Part shown: positions 25,020 to 38,715 of the stretch, piece after piece | Numbering within the stretch: position 1 is the first letter of the stretch | Layout: each line of letters begins with the position of its first letter | Assembly: GCA_012295275.1 (NCBI GenBank) | Contig: CM022665.1 | Location: 33,480,001 to 33,544,000 of the forward strand | DNA: 64,000 nt | Origin: Chrysomallon squamiferum | Lineage: Eukaryota > Animalia > Mollusca | Direction of reading: 5' to 3' | Translations under genes and position numbers: made by a program | The notes under the pieces: generated by a model | What the model was told of the DNA's origin: nothing | Databases searched by the model: none | The model's input: the letters and a program-made list of their open reading frames with translations, nothing else

Positions 25020-28000
25020 TTATCCCAAAAGAATAACTGTGCACATAACGAAAATAAAAAGAAACAGAAAAAACATGACACGATCAATAACCAGAGCGAC
25101 CTGATACCATTCGTTGACCATGTCGAGTCTGGTCTCATCGATAGCTGCCCTTGCTGTTAATAAATGTAGCTGGCGCAGGATCTCAGTCATAGTTGTTTCA
25201 ACTTTTGATGAGCAATATGTGTCCAGATTTCGCTGTGCACATTCTGTTGGAGATACAGTGTTCATGGGGGATTTCTCAAGGCTCCGAAGCGTAAATGATT
25301 CGGTTTCATCAAGAGGGTAATAACTATCATCCCCGAGACATACCAGTCGTTTTAAACCTCTGAGAAAAATCTGAAAATATAATATAATAATCTGGTTTAA
25401 AATAACATTGTTAACAATAATGGTCATAATTACCATCATCGTCATTAGCATGGCCTCATACTAGTATATACATTCATGCATGTATATATTATGTATGTAT
25501 GTACATGTGTGCTGCATGTATGTGTGTATGTTTATATTGCAAGATATAAATATGTGTGTATGTCTATTTGCGTGTGTACACTTACCATACGGATAATATC
25601 TGGGACTTTACGACAACGAGGACCACGTTTGTATACGTTGATTACCCACATCGACGACACCATTGATAATACAACCCAAATCAATGTCAGCATGTAATAC
25701 ATTTCTAGAGGAAAAAAAGAACAGAAAAGAAAAGAATTTAGCTTGTAATACAGGTTGACAATAGTTAATCCGAGATACTTTGTAAACTGATATCCCACAA
25801 AATGGGACCCATATTCAGCACACAAAAAAAATCATTTATATTTCTTATATATGCATACGCATAGCTGAAGTTATTTTTATGCAATATTATTTGCAAATTC
25901 GTGCGTAATAATATAATAATAATAATAATAATAATATAAAACTTTATTATTATTATTATTATTAAAGTCCTAATTAAAAAAAAAATAATAATAATATATT
26001 GGAAGACTATGCATATAAACCATTTATTTACATTACTAAAAGTACAGTTAGATGGGTTTTTAAAAATATTAATAAGGTTTTTCATTTAATGAATTAGGAG
26101 ATACACCTACTCTGATTTCATTTCTGGATTAAATACCGCTATAGCGCATATATTACAAAATGCATTTTCATTTGATCAATTTATAAACGTAAAACGACAA
26201 CTATCGTAGATATTTATTACCTCTACATTTAGTCAACGGAAATGAAGACTAATTATTTCAGTAATTACTTTATTATTTTATTTTTCTACAAGGAAAACCG
26301 AGAAAGAAAAATGTGTGTGGTATACGTGATTTGTGTGGTATACGAGGAAAACGTGATTTTTTTTAATGTATATGTGGGTGCGCTAAATGAGTAGTTACAC
26401 ATACCTACAGCTGGCACAGTGACACTCGTTCCAGGTATCACGTCTTGCAGCTTTAAGTTCAATAATATTATTGACATTATTAGAATGGAACCTGAAAAGC
26501 AATTATAGGCAAAATGAATATGAAAGCAGCATATATTTATGATATTACTATAACATTTTTCATCACAGACTTCGTAAGGACTGGATTAAGTTAATAAATA
26601 ATAGAATTAAAAACATACTAATTGTACAATAGTTTTAAAAATAAACTTTACAGTGTTTTAATATGCAACACAAATGTTGACTGAAGTATTGGCAAATCCG
26701 ATTTCACAAAGTAATTCCACCTGTTTGGTTGTTTCTTTTAATGCTAACAATATGAAAGTTATTTTAAAAACTTTAAAATTTTAAGATGAATCATCAGTAA
26801 AGTAATTTTATTTTAACCTGTGTTGAATTTTATTGCTTGTAACTGAGTGCTATTGTTTCCAAAAGCCATTTTTAAATTGATAGTGTTTTACTATTTTTAT
26901 TTCCTCTTGTGTTATTTAACTGATAAATTCAGTATGAGGCTATCCTCAATGATGTTACAATACTAACTCATTGTTATTCTCTCCTTCGATGCTGGAGATA
27001 ACAGGAACTGAAAAGGAACCAGAATTCCCAGAAGAACGGCAGGAATCACAAACATTTGAGCATAAAATACTGGATTTCTCTTCAGTGTCAGACTGATTAT
27101 TACTTCAGGATACCTCTCCTTGCAACAAGGAAATTTGTTCTTTCTGAGTACAGCATGCAACTTCTCTATGCTCCAGTGATTCCTTTTTGTTTCGCTGTCC
27201 AGTTCTATAGCCGATTCAGCAGTACCACCAACAAAAGTGATGTTCAGTTTATGATCAGAATAAGTCGAGCTGCCAAAGTTGATAGTACATGTCTGTTTGT
27301 CAAACGGAAACTTGGTCAGATCTACATTACACCGACTCTTCAGTCGACCCATCGGCGACCATGTTACGTGACCGCTCATGTATACAACAGCCATTGTTTC
27401 CATGATGTCAAACGACGAATCTATGCTGAGACAAGAAACACATTTGTTAAAATAACTATGAATTATAAATTCAATAAAATAGATTTCGAGAATGTTATTA
27501 TTATTATTATTTTAAAGTCTTATAAGGAAATATTTGTTTTGAAAAAGCAGCATTTTGTATACAAACTTTGTGTCTAGATTCAGTCAATGTGTTAATTAAA
27601 ACTTAGATACTTTAGTTTATTTAAATTATTATACATTTCTTACAACTAATAATGCTTCATATCCAATAATGTATGGACTAAACAGACCACATGGAGATAT
27701 ATATGTACCTGGATTAAAAATGAACCATAAAGGCGTATATCTGGATATGAATTTACGGGCAATCTTAAGGGAGGCAAAAGGTTTGATTTGCCTGAAATTT
27801 TATACAGCTAAAAAAGCAAATTACAGTTTGGAATAAAAGAAAATATTTTAACCGTAGACGATACACAATTAGTACAAATCACACGTGTTAATTATTGTTG
27901 ATTTGTTAATTGTTTTGCTTTCTCCGTCCAATATTTCTTTTCGCCTTTCCCAAAGTGTCCTTACTGTTTTTCCCGAATTTGGGAGTGCAGTTGTCCCCAT

Positions 28001-29807
28001 AACCAAGTCCAAGTCGAAAATGGTGATTTTTAACACGTTCTTGCTGTAAAGAGTTAGCTAAAAACAAACCAATAGAAAGTAATGATTTTAAAGCGATCTT
28101 GTTAAATGGAATAATATTTTGATCAAGTGTACAGAAAATAGTGATTTTATCACTTACTTGTTGTAAGGAATAATGTCTGGTTTCCATATTCGGTTAATCG
28201 GAAGACGTGTTACTTCAACACCGGCATAGTCGTCCCTGTTCCATTCCAGTCTGATGTCATGCCATATTTTCATTAGCAATATATTGGCATCCACAGTCTG
28301 TAACTGCTCATTCTGTATGAATGAATAAATGAATTAACAACATTTCAACATATAAGTATAAATCGTTATTAGTGTGATTACACGCATTTCACAAAACTGT
28401 CGTAAAGCCAAAACCAGAAATAACTTAAACTTAAGTAGATATGTTTAAAGGCAAGGAGAGCGAGCATATAAAAAAAAATGTTTAAAATCCCCCAACGCGT
28501 ACCGAATGATTTTAAATTAATTATCCATTTTCATTTTGCATTTGAAATGAAGACATAAGGAAAATACATAATTGTAATTTTAACTAAACATCAAAACACA
28601 CATACACACACACAAATGTTTTTGTACAGTAAGTTCATAAATCTCAAAACATAATAAGAACGTGTTATTTAATTATTTACATTTTTAACTTGATATGAAA
28701 ACAAAACGAAGTAATGAGAAAAAATTTATGAAGCAACCTCAACAATCTCTCGTCTACGCTTCATTCCAGGAAGGTTATCTTTGAATGGAGAGCAAACCTA
28801 ACCCCAGAAAATCCTAATTAATCTATTTATTTAAAAATTATGATATTCCATTTTGATCGCAGAAGTGGACTAAGAGTTTAGAAATAACTGAAAAATGTGG
28901 TTAGGGCGAACGTTCGCTCCACTTATCACCATCTAGCTAACGCCACTGATTCTAAGTGCGCAATTACGAGGACTGCCTAGCTACAGCCCGTTTGCTGTTA
29001 GAAATAAACAACAGCTACAATTACAACAACAACAGTTTCCTTTAAAAATAAATAAACAAATAAATTATGTAATTTAAACGTTGAGATTTAGCTGGTGAAT
29101 CAGGAATTTTCTTCAGTTCGCTAATGTGTAAGGTAATTTTTTTTGTCTTATTATTTACGTGAAAAGTATTCGGCCAAAATGGCGTTATTATAAATAATGA
29201 TTAACAATAAAAAAGAAATATTTTTTTTTTTTTTTTTTAATTTGTTTACTAATAATTTAAAATTATAGATACAAGCATCCATACTCAGTGGTGATCATGC
29301 TTATAAGAGCAAGCACTTATAACCTTGCATTATGCACAACATCAAGAAGAAAATTATTTCTGTAGTGTTAATCCATCGCCCTTGAATAGAATTAAATAGA
29401 AGGACTGATTTATTAAAGACAACGAAGAGATTCGCTGACACAAGATACCTTACCAGTTCCAGTATGCTGACAATCGTTACTCCAAATGACACCTGAACAG
29501 CATCAGTTGAATTCTGCGATGGACTGACAGCGGCTTCGTAATCATTAAGTAAGTTTCTTTGCAGTTGTTGTTCTGCTTCTAGTATTGGATATGCCGTCTT
29601 GTTATATGCGAGTATCACTGAAAATAAATATCTAGCTAAATCACAATAGCATTATTGTACTTCACTGATGAATGATTGAAGCCTATTTCACTTTATCGTT
29701 TCGCCATTTGTTTTTCTTATCTCTTCCGCACAGAATGATTATAATTAACAATAGCTAATCAGAAAAGAGATCAGAAAGAGCATGCCAGTAAATATTCCGA
29801 GTATCAT
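25020..29807 (-). CDS. Divergent nicotinic acetylcholine receptor alpha-like (Cys-loop ligand-gated ion channel) subunit, about 463 aa
   Basis: Exons in transcript order: 29807-29750 (signal-peptide-like MILGIFTGMLFLISFLISY, weak donor), 29617-29454, 28312-28158, 27425-26968, 26491-26405, 25704-25586, 25370-25020. They total 1392 nt in frame. Motifs: WHDIRLEW; IWKPDIIPYNN; Cys-loop CNVDLTKFPFDKQTC (C-x13-C); loop C FPCCKERYP; LKRNPVFY before M1; four hydrophobic segments; EWYQVALVIDR before M4. Confidence 0.9.
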
Positions 29808-30127
29808 CTGGCGAAGAACAGCTCAGTTGGACATTTGGATGGATATCGCTGGTGCTCCGCCAGAGACAGATACTGCTGACCCTCGATTTCGGGAAATCCG
29901 AACCAAATCTGGAGAAAAAAAAAAAAATCACAAAATTTGAATTTGTACAGTTGGCGCGTTGTAAATATTTGTAAGTGGAGCGGCAGCACAATATTTCCTC
30001 CAAATCAACGCCATTTTGTTTTTATTACTATGGATCGAAGAGGAAGAAGTGAGAAAAGAAAAAAGTGCATCTTAGTGTCTGTCAGAAGTGATACAACATC
30101 TAGAATAGGGCGTCTCTCTCTCTATAT

Positions 30128-30640
30128 CACATATGTCAAATCCAAGGCCCACGGGCCAAATGTAGCCCGCGAGAGCTTAAAAGGTGTAGTAAAGTATGCT
30201 GCTTTACAGTGTGCATTGACCATAACTACATCTCCCACAATGCATTTCGATTATGTAACGCGTGAAGTGACGACTTTCCGCCTCTAGATAGCAGTATATC
30301 CACATCAGTGTTGGCAAGTGGAATTGAGAAATATCTACTTTTGATCCCAAAATGTCCAGGAAAAGAAGATGAAGATGGTAGGCAGTTTTAAGAAAGTCGG
30401 GAAAGTGAGTACATGTTTGTGCTTCAAGGAGAAAACCGGTATTTTTTTCGTGTTATGAGGCGGTGTCGGTCGTTAAAGAGTACAATCTCCGTCGGCGTTG
30501 ACACCAAACACGGAGCTCAGTATGCCAAATTTAGCCTCCAAGGAAAACAGCAGATTGTCCAATAATTAAAACGCGGACTGCAATAGCAGCAGAATATGTT
30601 CAGTGGAAGCTAGCTTTATTGTGGCTGAAGAAATTGCCTG
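30128..30640 (+). mobile_element. hAT transposon 5' remnant (SPIN/Charlie, GTF2IRD2-like transposase)
   Basis: hAT-type end TGTCAAATCCAAGGCCCACGGGCCAAATGTAGCCCGC, followed by decayed coding sequence ESEYMFVLQGE...AVSVVKEYNLRR...TKHGAQYAKF...EASFIVAEEIA, then truncated. Confidence 0.75.
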
Positions 30641-33600
30641 ATATTTTGTCTTTTACCTAAATAACCACGTCACGGACTTCCCTGAAATCAGCAGAGCATA
30701 GCTGATAAAAATTCCTTTTGTCTCTCGTTAATGATCTTTAATTGTTAGGTGATTTCAATAACTGGATTACTGTTAACTAACAGTAGATATTTAATTAATA
30801 CATATTGTTAGGAATATTTGTAGAATGAATGGTTAACATATTTACTTACTTTAAGGATATATGTAGGTTAATTACGAGGTGTTAAACTGTATTAAAGTAA
30901 GCCATTTAGGTAAATATTAAATATGTTATCGACATTTTCAAAAACTGTACCTTAAAAGTACAACAATATAAAATATTATAATAAGTAAAAAAATAGCTAC
31001 CAGCGGATTCTACAAGTAGGTATAAACTAAATTGCAATCCGTGGCTTAGTAAATATGTTAGGACCATTTTGCTAAGTTAAAGAAACACAGAAAACAGTAC
31101 ATCTAAATATCATTGAGAAAACTTTCCACAGCTTGAACGAGGCCATATTAGGGTAAGATTAAGGGCCCTACTACGTAAGGTAAAAAACACGGTTTACTGT
31201 CATAATACATATATACCTATATGCAAATATATATATCTGTAATAATCAGTTTCTTATTTGCACAGACAGGGACATTAGCACTTGAAAGCTAACACCTCTT
31301 TTGCGCTGGGCCCCATGACAATGAAAAAATGCAATAATTTTTCAGTTGTTTTGAAGGAATCGACCAACGATTAAGATTAGAAGTGAAATCAAAAGTGCGT
31401 TTTTTTTGTGTTTTTTTTACCGTAGTTCTCCCGATATCATATTTCTCTTTTGCTTTCAATTTTTCGAAATGTAAATGAAATATATGTTTGCTGTGCACCT
31501 GTGCTTACGTGCGTGTATATTGTTAAACTAAAGTAAAACTGATTCTGTTGAATCTTTTCACTTTATAATTTTACCGCATAGGTTCTTAATTGACAGTGCA
31601 TCAAAATACGACAGAAGCTGCCGCCATTACCCGATTACTCTGCCGTACTAGCGCTTGTATCCAGCTGACGTGTACCACCTCCAGAATTAATGTTGTAGTT
31701 CATCCGTTTTTAATTTTTCAGGAACTGACTTAATACACATACTTCTCGGTTGCTTTGCTTTTTGCCGTTTTAAAAGTATTTCTAGTTTTCCAAAGAAAAA
31801 TACCTTCACAAAATATATCCAGAAAAAAAAGAAAAAACAAAGAATGAAATATAGATCAGGTATTTAACTTTATTTATGCAAAATTTTGTCCAAATCAGCA
31901 GCACTAATACTTTTCTTGCTGCTGGAAAAAGAGTCTGATTTGGCGGTATGGATTGTAAACGAACTATTGCGAATGGTAGATCAAATACTTCAGTTTGACT
32001 GGATGTTAATTTTTTGTCAACTTCAGTTGAATTTATTAGTTATACGTATAGCTGATGTAGAATTCTAGTTCCATGCTACTGAAAATTTGATACAGTTATC
32101 TTCTTTATAAGGGAGATGTAAGAATTTAATGTACTTCGATTACAGTAATTGCTTGAATTACAGGAATTTTCGAAAGATAACATTTGTTCATTACTCCGTT
32201 ATTTTTCAAATTCCCGTCAAGAATACGGTATCGTTTTATTGTTTGTTTTTCTCCTTTTTGTCCTTCCTTTTTTCTTTCTTTTTCTTTTCCACATGCTTTT
32301 TCCCCTGATGCAGAGCAGAAATGGTTTTAATTTGGGGCTTTTTTTTTTTTTTTTTTTTTTAATCATAGCTATAGAGACAAGAGTATAGTAATAAAAACTT
32401 ACAGCTTCATTATCAGAAACAGGTGGTTACAACAGTGTAAGGATTGGGTACAGTAAAATTGCCGTTAGTTTTGTCTGTCATTAAATCGTTTAATTCTCGT
32501 ACTGGCTACGTAACAGGCATATACAGAGTGCAATGAATGAATATATTTAGTAATAACTACATCCACTAATTATACCAAGAGTTATTTAACTGAGAAAAAT
32601 CCAATAAATTAGATATTAATTATTAATATCTTTATTTACTTCTTTATTTAATATCTAGAATGCTACTCGTTCGGCTGATCATATTTAATCCAAACTATTA
32701 TGCAGTAAAAGTAAGACTGGATATAACTGTTAAAGGACGTCATGTGTATCCAACATCGCCATCTTAATATATACTGTTTTCTACGTAAAAGTCACGTGAG
32801 ATTACAATCAATCATGGACGCATTAAATCGAAAAACGATTGAGTGGCAGAATTCCTTATTTTAGTGTCTAGCGTCAGGACCTAAAGTAGCTCGGCTTTAT
32901 GAAATGACTGAACCTAATGAGCATTCTGAGGATTCAACGACTGAGATAGGTAGAACGAAATCGATTAGTGCTGTAATGCCACAACTAATTTAGCAGCTTT
33001 ATCAACCTCGGGAAAAAAGATAATAAATAAATAAATAAATAAATAAATAAATAGATAAATAAATAACAGTAATAATAATAATAAATAAATAAATAAATAA
33101 ATGAATGAAAATCTGGCAAAAAAAAACCCCAACAACAAAAGAACAAAAAACGACAACAACAACATATGATCTAGAAATTGAAATTTAGACATTGTCATTA
33201 ATACCTGTATTTATGTACAAGTAACATTACCATTATAGCATTTTCCAAACAGTGATTATACCAGAGCTTTACTTAATTCCAGTGATATTGAAAATATGTG
33301 ACCCAGGTCAAAATAATATTTAAATATCAAGGTGAATCCGCCCATTCCAGATTGCTCAACATTGGTCTTAGCATCTACATCTGATAAATTTCCGGAATTC
33401 TTGTATCATTCAAACGTACTTAATATTTCTAAATCAAATTTTAGAATACTTACTTCATTCTAATATATTTTAAATGATTAAATGATTTAAAAGACAAATA
33501 TATGCTAGGATCAAAATATATGGAAGTTTTGTCCGGTTTAGAAAATATAATTCACGTTTGTTTGAGACTTACGATATACATCCAATAACTTAAAATTAGC

Positions 33601-35401
33601 CACTGCATAATACTCATGTATTTAATTTAATAAATAACACATTTAACTGTAAACAACGATTAGGTGCATGTTTAATAATTTTCTATGTTTTTATTTATTA
33701 CATTGCAAATCATACAGTTGGAAAACAAGATTGTATTCTGGAAGAGACTGCTAATATTGTCTTTACAGTGCTTACGTTGAAGGCATTATTTATCTCTTCT
33801 GAACATAATTGTGACTCAGTCCTAATAAGTTCAACGATGCCATGGTAAGAAATGCTATACTATCAAGACCTGATCATTCATAAAGGTCTGTTCTATGATT
33901 TATTCTTTAAAATCAAAACTCCCTGTTCAGTCAGGTTTATAAGCTGTTGTTCCCGAAAACTGTGCGTGTGCGTTTTTGTGTGTATCTTTAATATTTTGTT
34001 CTGTAGAGTTATGCAGTCACAGGCCACACGATACGTTGAACTGTTTCTCATCTGTCAGAAGGAAAAACAACAGCAATTTAAATAAATAAATACTTTTCAA
34101 AAAAATGCTAAGCTATGTCTTGAAATGATAGAGCATTATTTTGCAAAAATAGGCCTACTGAGTTCGTTTCAGTCCCGAATCTTCGCAGTTGTCTGATCCT
34201 CGAATTGATGTATCTGGATATTGAAAAAAAAACCACCTAATCTTGTGAAGAATCTTTGCCACTTGTTACATAAAGATATCGATTTCGTTTTTACTGTCAT
34301 ACTGTGTTTTTATTAACAAGACTTCAACTGAATCAGAAATACTTTTATTTCTTTATAAAATTTAACCAAAATATATTTACAGTAAAGCCAACTGAAAGTC
34401 CTATCTACATTGATCTGAGACTTTTTTCTGATTTTGGTCACTAATAATAATTCCTCATTGGCCTTTCATATATATCACCGTGTCATGGATATACACGTGA
34501 GATAGTTTCTGAGGCAAAAAAATCAGCTCCACATAATATATTACCTCCTAGAAGAAACATGTTTTATAAATAATTATAATGTATATGAATGGCCCATAAT
34601 AATAATAATAAATACATTTTGTAAATGTTCATGCTTTCGTTTTTTTTCGTTTTAATTTATTTTAGTATAAAAATGAATTAATTTTATTTATATTGCAGCT
34701 AAGAGTATCATAAATAAATTAAGATTAATGTTCTTTAGCCATATTACTAATATAAATTTGAAATTTTCTATATACGGATATTTCGGTACACTGACTTGAA
34801 TAAATATTTTAATGCTTTAATTTGTCTTCAGGATCTCTTTACAATACTTTCAATTATTGAGTCTTCATCTAAAAATATGAGTAACCTCGGTATGTCGTTT
34901 CTCTTGGATAATGAATTAATGCGTGACAAAGAGGTTGAACACTCTGACATTTGCGTATTCCTGGCGACTGAAAAGGTTAATGTAATTTCTTTTGTCGTAA
35001 TACGATTTCTGGGAATGAAAGAAAATTGGAAGAAAACAAAAATGACGATAACAGTTTTCCATTACACGTATCCATAATTTGTTGATTACATATCTCAACA
35101 ACATATGTTTTATTTTATTTTTTTAGGAAGTCTCAGGGAAAGTATTTTTTTTCTCAAGAACATATTACAATTAATAACCAATGCATTATATTTTTTATTC
35201 AGCTGAACTTTGTTTTAATAATGACAAACATTAAAATTATGAACATATTTTTTATAATTAATATAGCGATTTTACCAGATATTAACAATACGAATCTGAA
35301 CTATTATATCAAACCTCTTCTAAATTATTTTTCAGATCTTTAACCGTTTCTAATATACCGACTCCGTTGGAGTGTGTATTGTAGTTACATAGATACACAG
35401 T

Positions 35402-35437
<36 letters not shown>

Positions 35438-36769
35438 TAAATATACAGAGCATATATGTATCTTTCCATTACAGCTTACCTTTGAACTGCAAAATCAGCT
35501 GAAAACAGTAATATGTCCGTGCTAGTCTATTCATCTTAAAATACCACTGACGATCCTCTCACAATTCGACTATGCTAAGATTGCAGCTTCTACTTGAAAC
35601 ACGAAAATTCTGAACACTGTAATATGAAGAAATAGAAGGAAGCAGGTTTGCTAGCCAATCGAATCGCGCCTCTCTTAATCAGCTTTTTACGGCTGACACT
35701 GCAGGCAACTAAGTTTGACAGGAACGGAATTAATAGCTTAGATGCGACCACTCCTGTGTGTATGTAGAAACCAATAATCGACCGAGACAAATAAAACAGA
35801 TTTATTAGATCTAAGCGAAGGGGAATGTAATATTAAACATTTAAAGAAGATAAGGTGCACTACTTATATATGTATGTTTGTGTGTGTGTATGTATGTGTG
35901 TGCGTGCGTGCGTTCGTGCATTTGAGCCCAACACACCCTCACTGTAAATATTAAGCTTACTCAATAATATAATCATGCATCATAGTGAGAAATTAATTTT
36001 TCTGTCCTGTTGCAGTTGTTCTGAGATAGCTTTGTGTATCCCTATGTAGTTGTATCATGATGTGGCACAGTGATAATGGGATAGTGAAGTATGTGCGATA
36101 TTTTCATCAATACACTCTATGACAACAACCATCATAAGCCTCTGGTGTGTATGTGGGGGTAACCTAATGTAAAGAGCAAAACACACCTTTGCCCAGTAAA
36201 CCCCCAAAAGATGTAACAATTGGATACATATGCCCAGACCTGCCAAGGCCGTTTTACCTACAAAACTTCCAAGCTTTCGTCTGCATTAACATCGCAACCG
36301 ATTCGTTACGTTCCGATATGCTGGACACTGCCTTGTGTCCTGCAATCGTAACGAGAACCCATTCTCTTTCCTTACCCAAAACTCTTTTCTGCGACAAACA
36401 CGCCCGCTGACCTGTCAGAAAGCGTGCCTGTCGTGCCTTGGCTCCATAGTCGAGCTTGGAGAGAATATGGACTTTGTAAATTAGAATTAGTGTTTTCTCG
36501 TTGCTGCCAAACTAACAATCTGAATTTTTGGAGGTTATTAAATTGTTATCAGTTTTTATTATTATTTTGTTATTTTCTGGGTTTTTGTTAAAGAGGAGAC
36601 ATGTTTTGTTTGTTTTTTTGTTTTTTTTTTATAGAGAAAACTTTATGCCCCATTTTAACGCCCAGTTTGTTTAGGCCTGTTTGTATTTAGTTGTTTAATG
36701 GTTGTTGATCTGCCTGCACGCCAAAACGCGCAATCGTCGGCAAAGAGTGCTGTTTTTATTGGATCAGTT

Positions 36770-37828
36770 GGGGTGATGTCAGTGTGATTGGTCTGTAATT
36801 ATTGGGTTGTGAGTGGTCTTTATGGAGTTTAGGCAGACTGAAACATTCAGTGTATTTCCAGTTTGTTGGAATCTTGCCTTTTGTCCATGTTGTGTTGAAG
36901 AGGTCAAGTATAATTAGCAATGTTTCTTCTGGGAGGTGTTGCTAATTGTGTAGATTATTCTGTCAGGCAGTACTGGCAGTACTGTGGCAGTACTTTTTTT
37001 TTATATTTTTAAGGGTATATTTTAATTCATTTATATTGAAGGGTAGGTTGTACTGCATGTGTTCTGTGTCTGTGGAATGCTCATTAAGCGCTAGATTGTT
37101 TAATGTTTGTTTTGTTTTTTTGTGAATTTGGGTGGGAAGTTTAAATTGCTACTTGATTTGGCGAAAGTTTCACTGAGTAGATCTGCTTTTTGTTTGTCAG
37201 TGAAAGCGATGTTGTTTTTGCCAAGAGTGTTGATTGTGTGGGATATTTTGCTTTGTATATTTTTTACTTCGGTCCACATGTCTTTGACAGATGTTTTGTG
37301 GTTGATTTATTGCAAAAATGTTCCCAGTGTTCGTATTTTGCAATAAGGATTAGGTTGAAAACTTCTTTTTTTAGCTATTTTATATTTTTCGTTGTGGAAT
37401 GATTTTTGTCTTTTTTGTATTGTCTTCTGTATTTGTTTCCTTCTTTGCATTTGTTTCCTATATGTTCAGTGCGTGGATATTTTGTTTAAGCATTTTTTAG
37501 TTTTGATATGTATTTGATGGCTATTCAATCTATCGTGTTGGTGAGTGATGTGCAGTAAGTATCGATGTTGATGGGGTTTTCTATGTTGATATTCGAGTCA
37601 GGGTTTGTGTGTGTTTTTGACATTCGTTTTTTTCTGTCGCCTATTGTTTTTTGTTATTTTTTCTTCTGAATTAGAACTTTTGTCCCTTGGTCGTTTGGAA
37701 ACTAGTTTCCATTTCTGAATCGTCAGAATTGGTGTTCTTTGTGTTTGTGTCTGTATTTGCCATTGTAACTGGTTGTGTTTTGCTTTTGTAACTGTTTTCT
37801 GGTGAATGTACTCTAAATGTATAGACAA
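36770..37828 (-). mobile_element. Non-LTR retrotransposon (LINE) ORF2 fragment
   Basis: Minus strand gives YNLPFNINELK...HLPEETLLIILDLFNTTWTKGKIPTNWK...SLPKLHKDHSQPNNYRPITL, the start of a LINE RT domain. A/C-rich strand bias and many stops. Boundaries approximate; clade not determined. Confidence 0.78.
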
Positions 37829-38537
37829 GTCTATATTAAAATTTTAAAGGGTCTAAAGTTTCGTTACTTACTTTGACACCGAGAGAAAGAAAAGAGAAAG
37901 TTACGTTAATTATTTAAGACAGCGGAAGCTAAAGAGAAAGAGAATTTGTAGAAAAACAGGAGACAAAAAATAAAACTAAGAAAAATAATAAGAATAAGAA
38001 TAAAACAATTAGATAGAAAAAATAGAAATACGAATATAAATCTTAGAATCTAAAAAGAAATAAAGAAAGTAAATAAAGAAAACGAAATTATAGCCTTTAT
38101 TAAGACAAAAAAAAAAAAAAAAAAAAAAAACAGTTCACAATCCCTAATTGAATAGCAGTCACAACTTCTCCATCTCGGCGTCAAGTCAGCTCAATTACCA
38201 AGTGCCAGCCCTTTTAAAACATCGCCATGGAGTTGAATTCCGCGACAATTACATCCATATTTTATCATGTATTTCAAATGCATTCACGTTAACACGTTCG
38301 CCTACCAAACTTGATAAAAAGTCACTGTTATGAAAGGTTATGAAAAATTGCTGAAAATATTATTATATCAAGCAAACAAATGTATTTTTAAAAGTTGTGC
38401 ATGCTATTGTTATTTCCTTTACTTTGGTTTGCTGAGAAGTGGATCAACTTACCGCAGAGTTCAGGTAAATCGTGCCAATTTAATATATATATGTTTTGTA
38501 ACGGAAAGGAAATGTTTATGAATTAGAAAAGACCAGT

Positions 38538-38551
38538 TTAAATAATAATAA

Positions 38552-38582
<31 letters not shown>

Positions 38583-38715
38583 AATAAGAATACGAATAAG
38601 AATAATAACAATAATAATAACAACAACAACAATAATAGTAATAATAATAATGTTGACGATAATGATTATGATGATGATAATGAGGAGGAGGAAGATAATG
38701 ATGATAATAATGAAA
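38538..38715. repeat. Compound trinucleotide low-complexity tract (AAT/AAG/AAC/GAT)
   Basis: Direct reading. Confidence 0.9.

Noticed and set aside
24657-26085. Hydrophobic poly-Ile/Leu ORFs resembling membrane proteins (also 32965-33198, 38538-38735, and poly-Asn at 50708-51094)
   Set aside because: Artefacts of (AAT)n and related repeats; only the receptor exons in this span are supported.
27056-27577. 173-aa plus-strand ORF
   Set aside because: Antisense shadow of the large receptor exon.
31890-31946. Short nested inverted repeats (CCAAATCAG/CTGATTTGG and CAGCAGCA/TGCTGCTG)
   Set aside because: Stems are only 8-9 bp and overlap each other; no further support.
33844-34085. Splicing 33844 to the acceptor near 34006 creates an in-frame TGA (possible selenocysteine)
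   Set aside because: No selenoprotein motif, no SECIS seen and no support for the exons.
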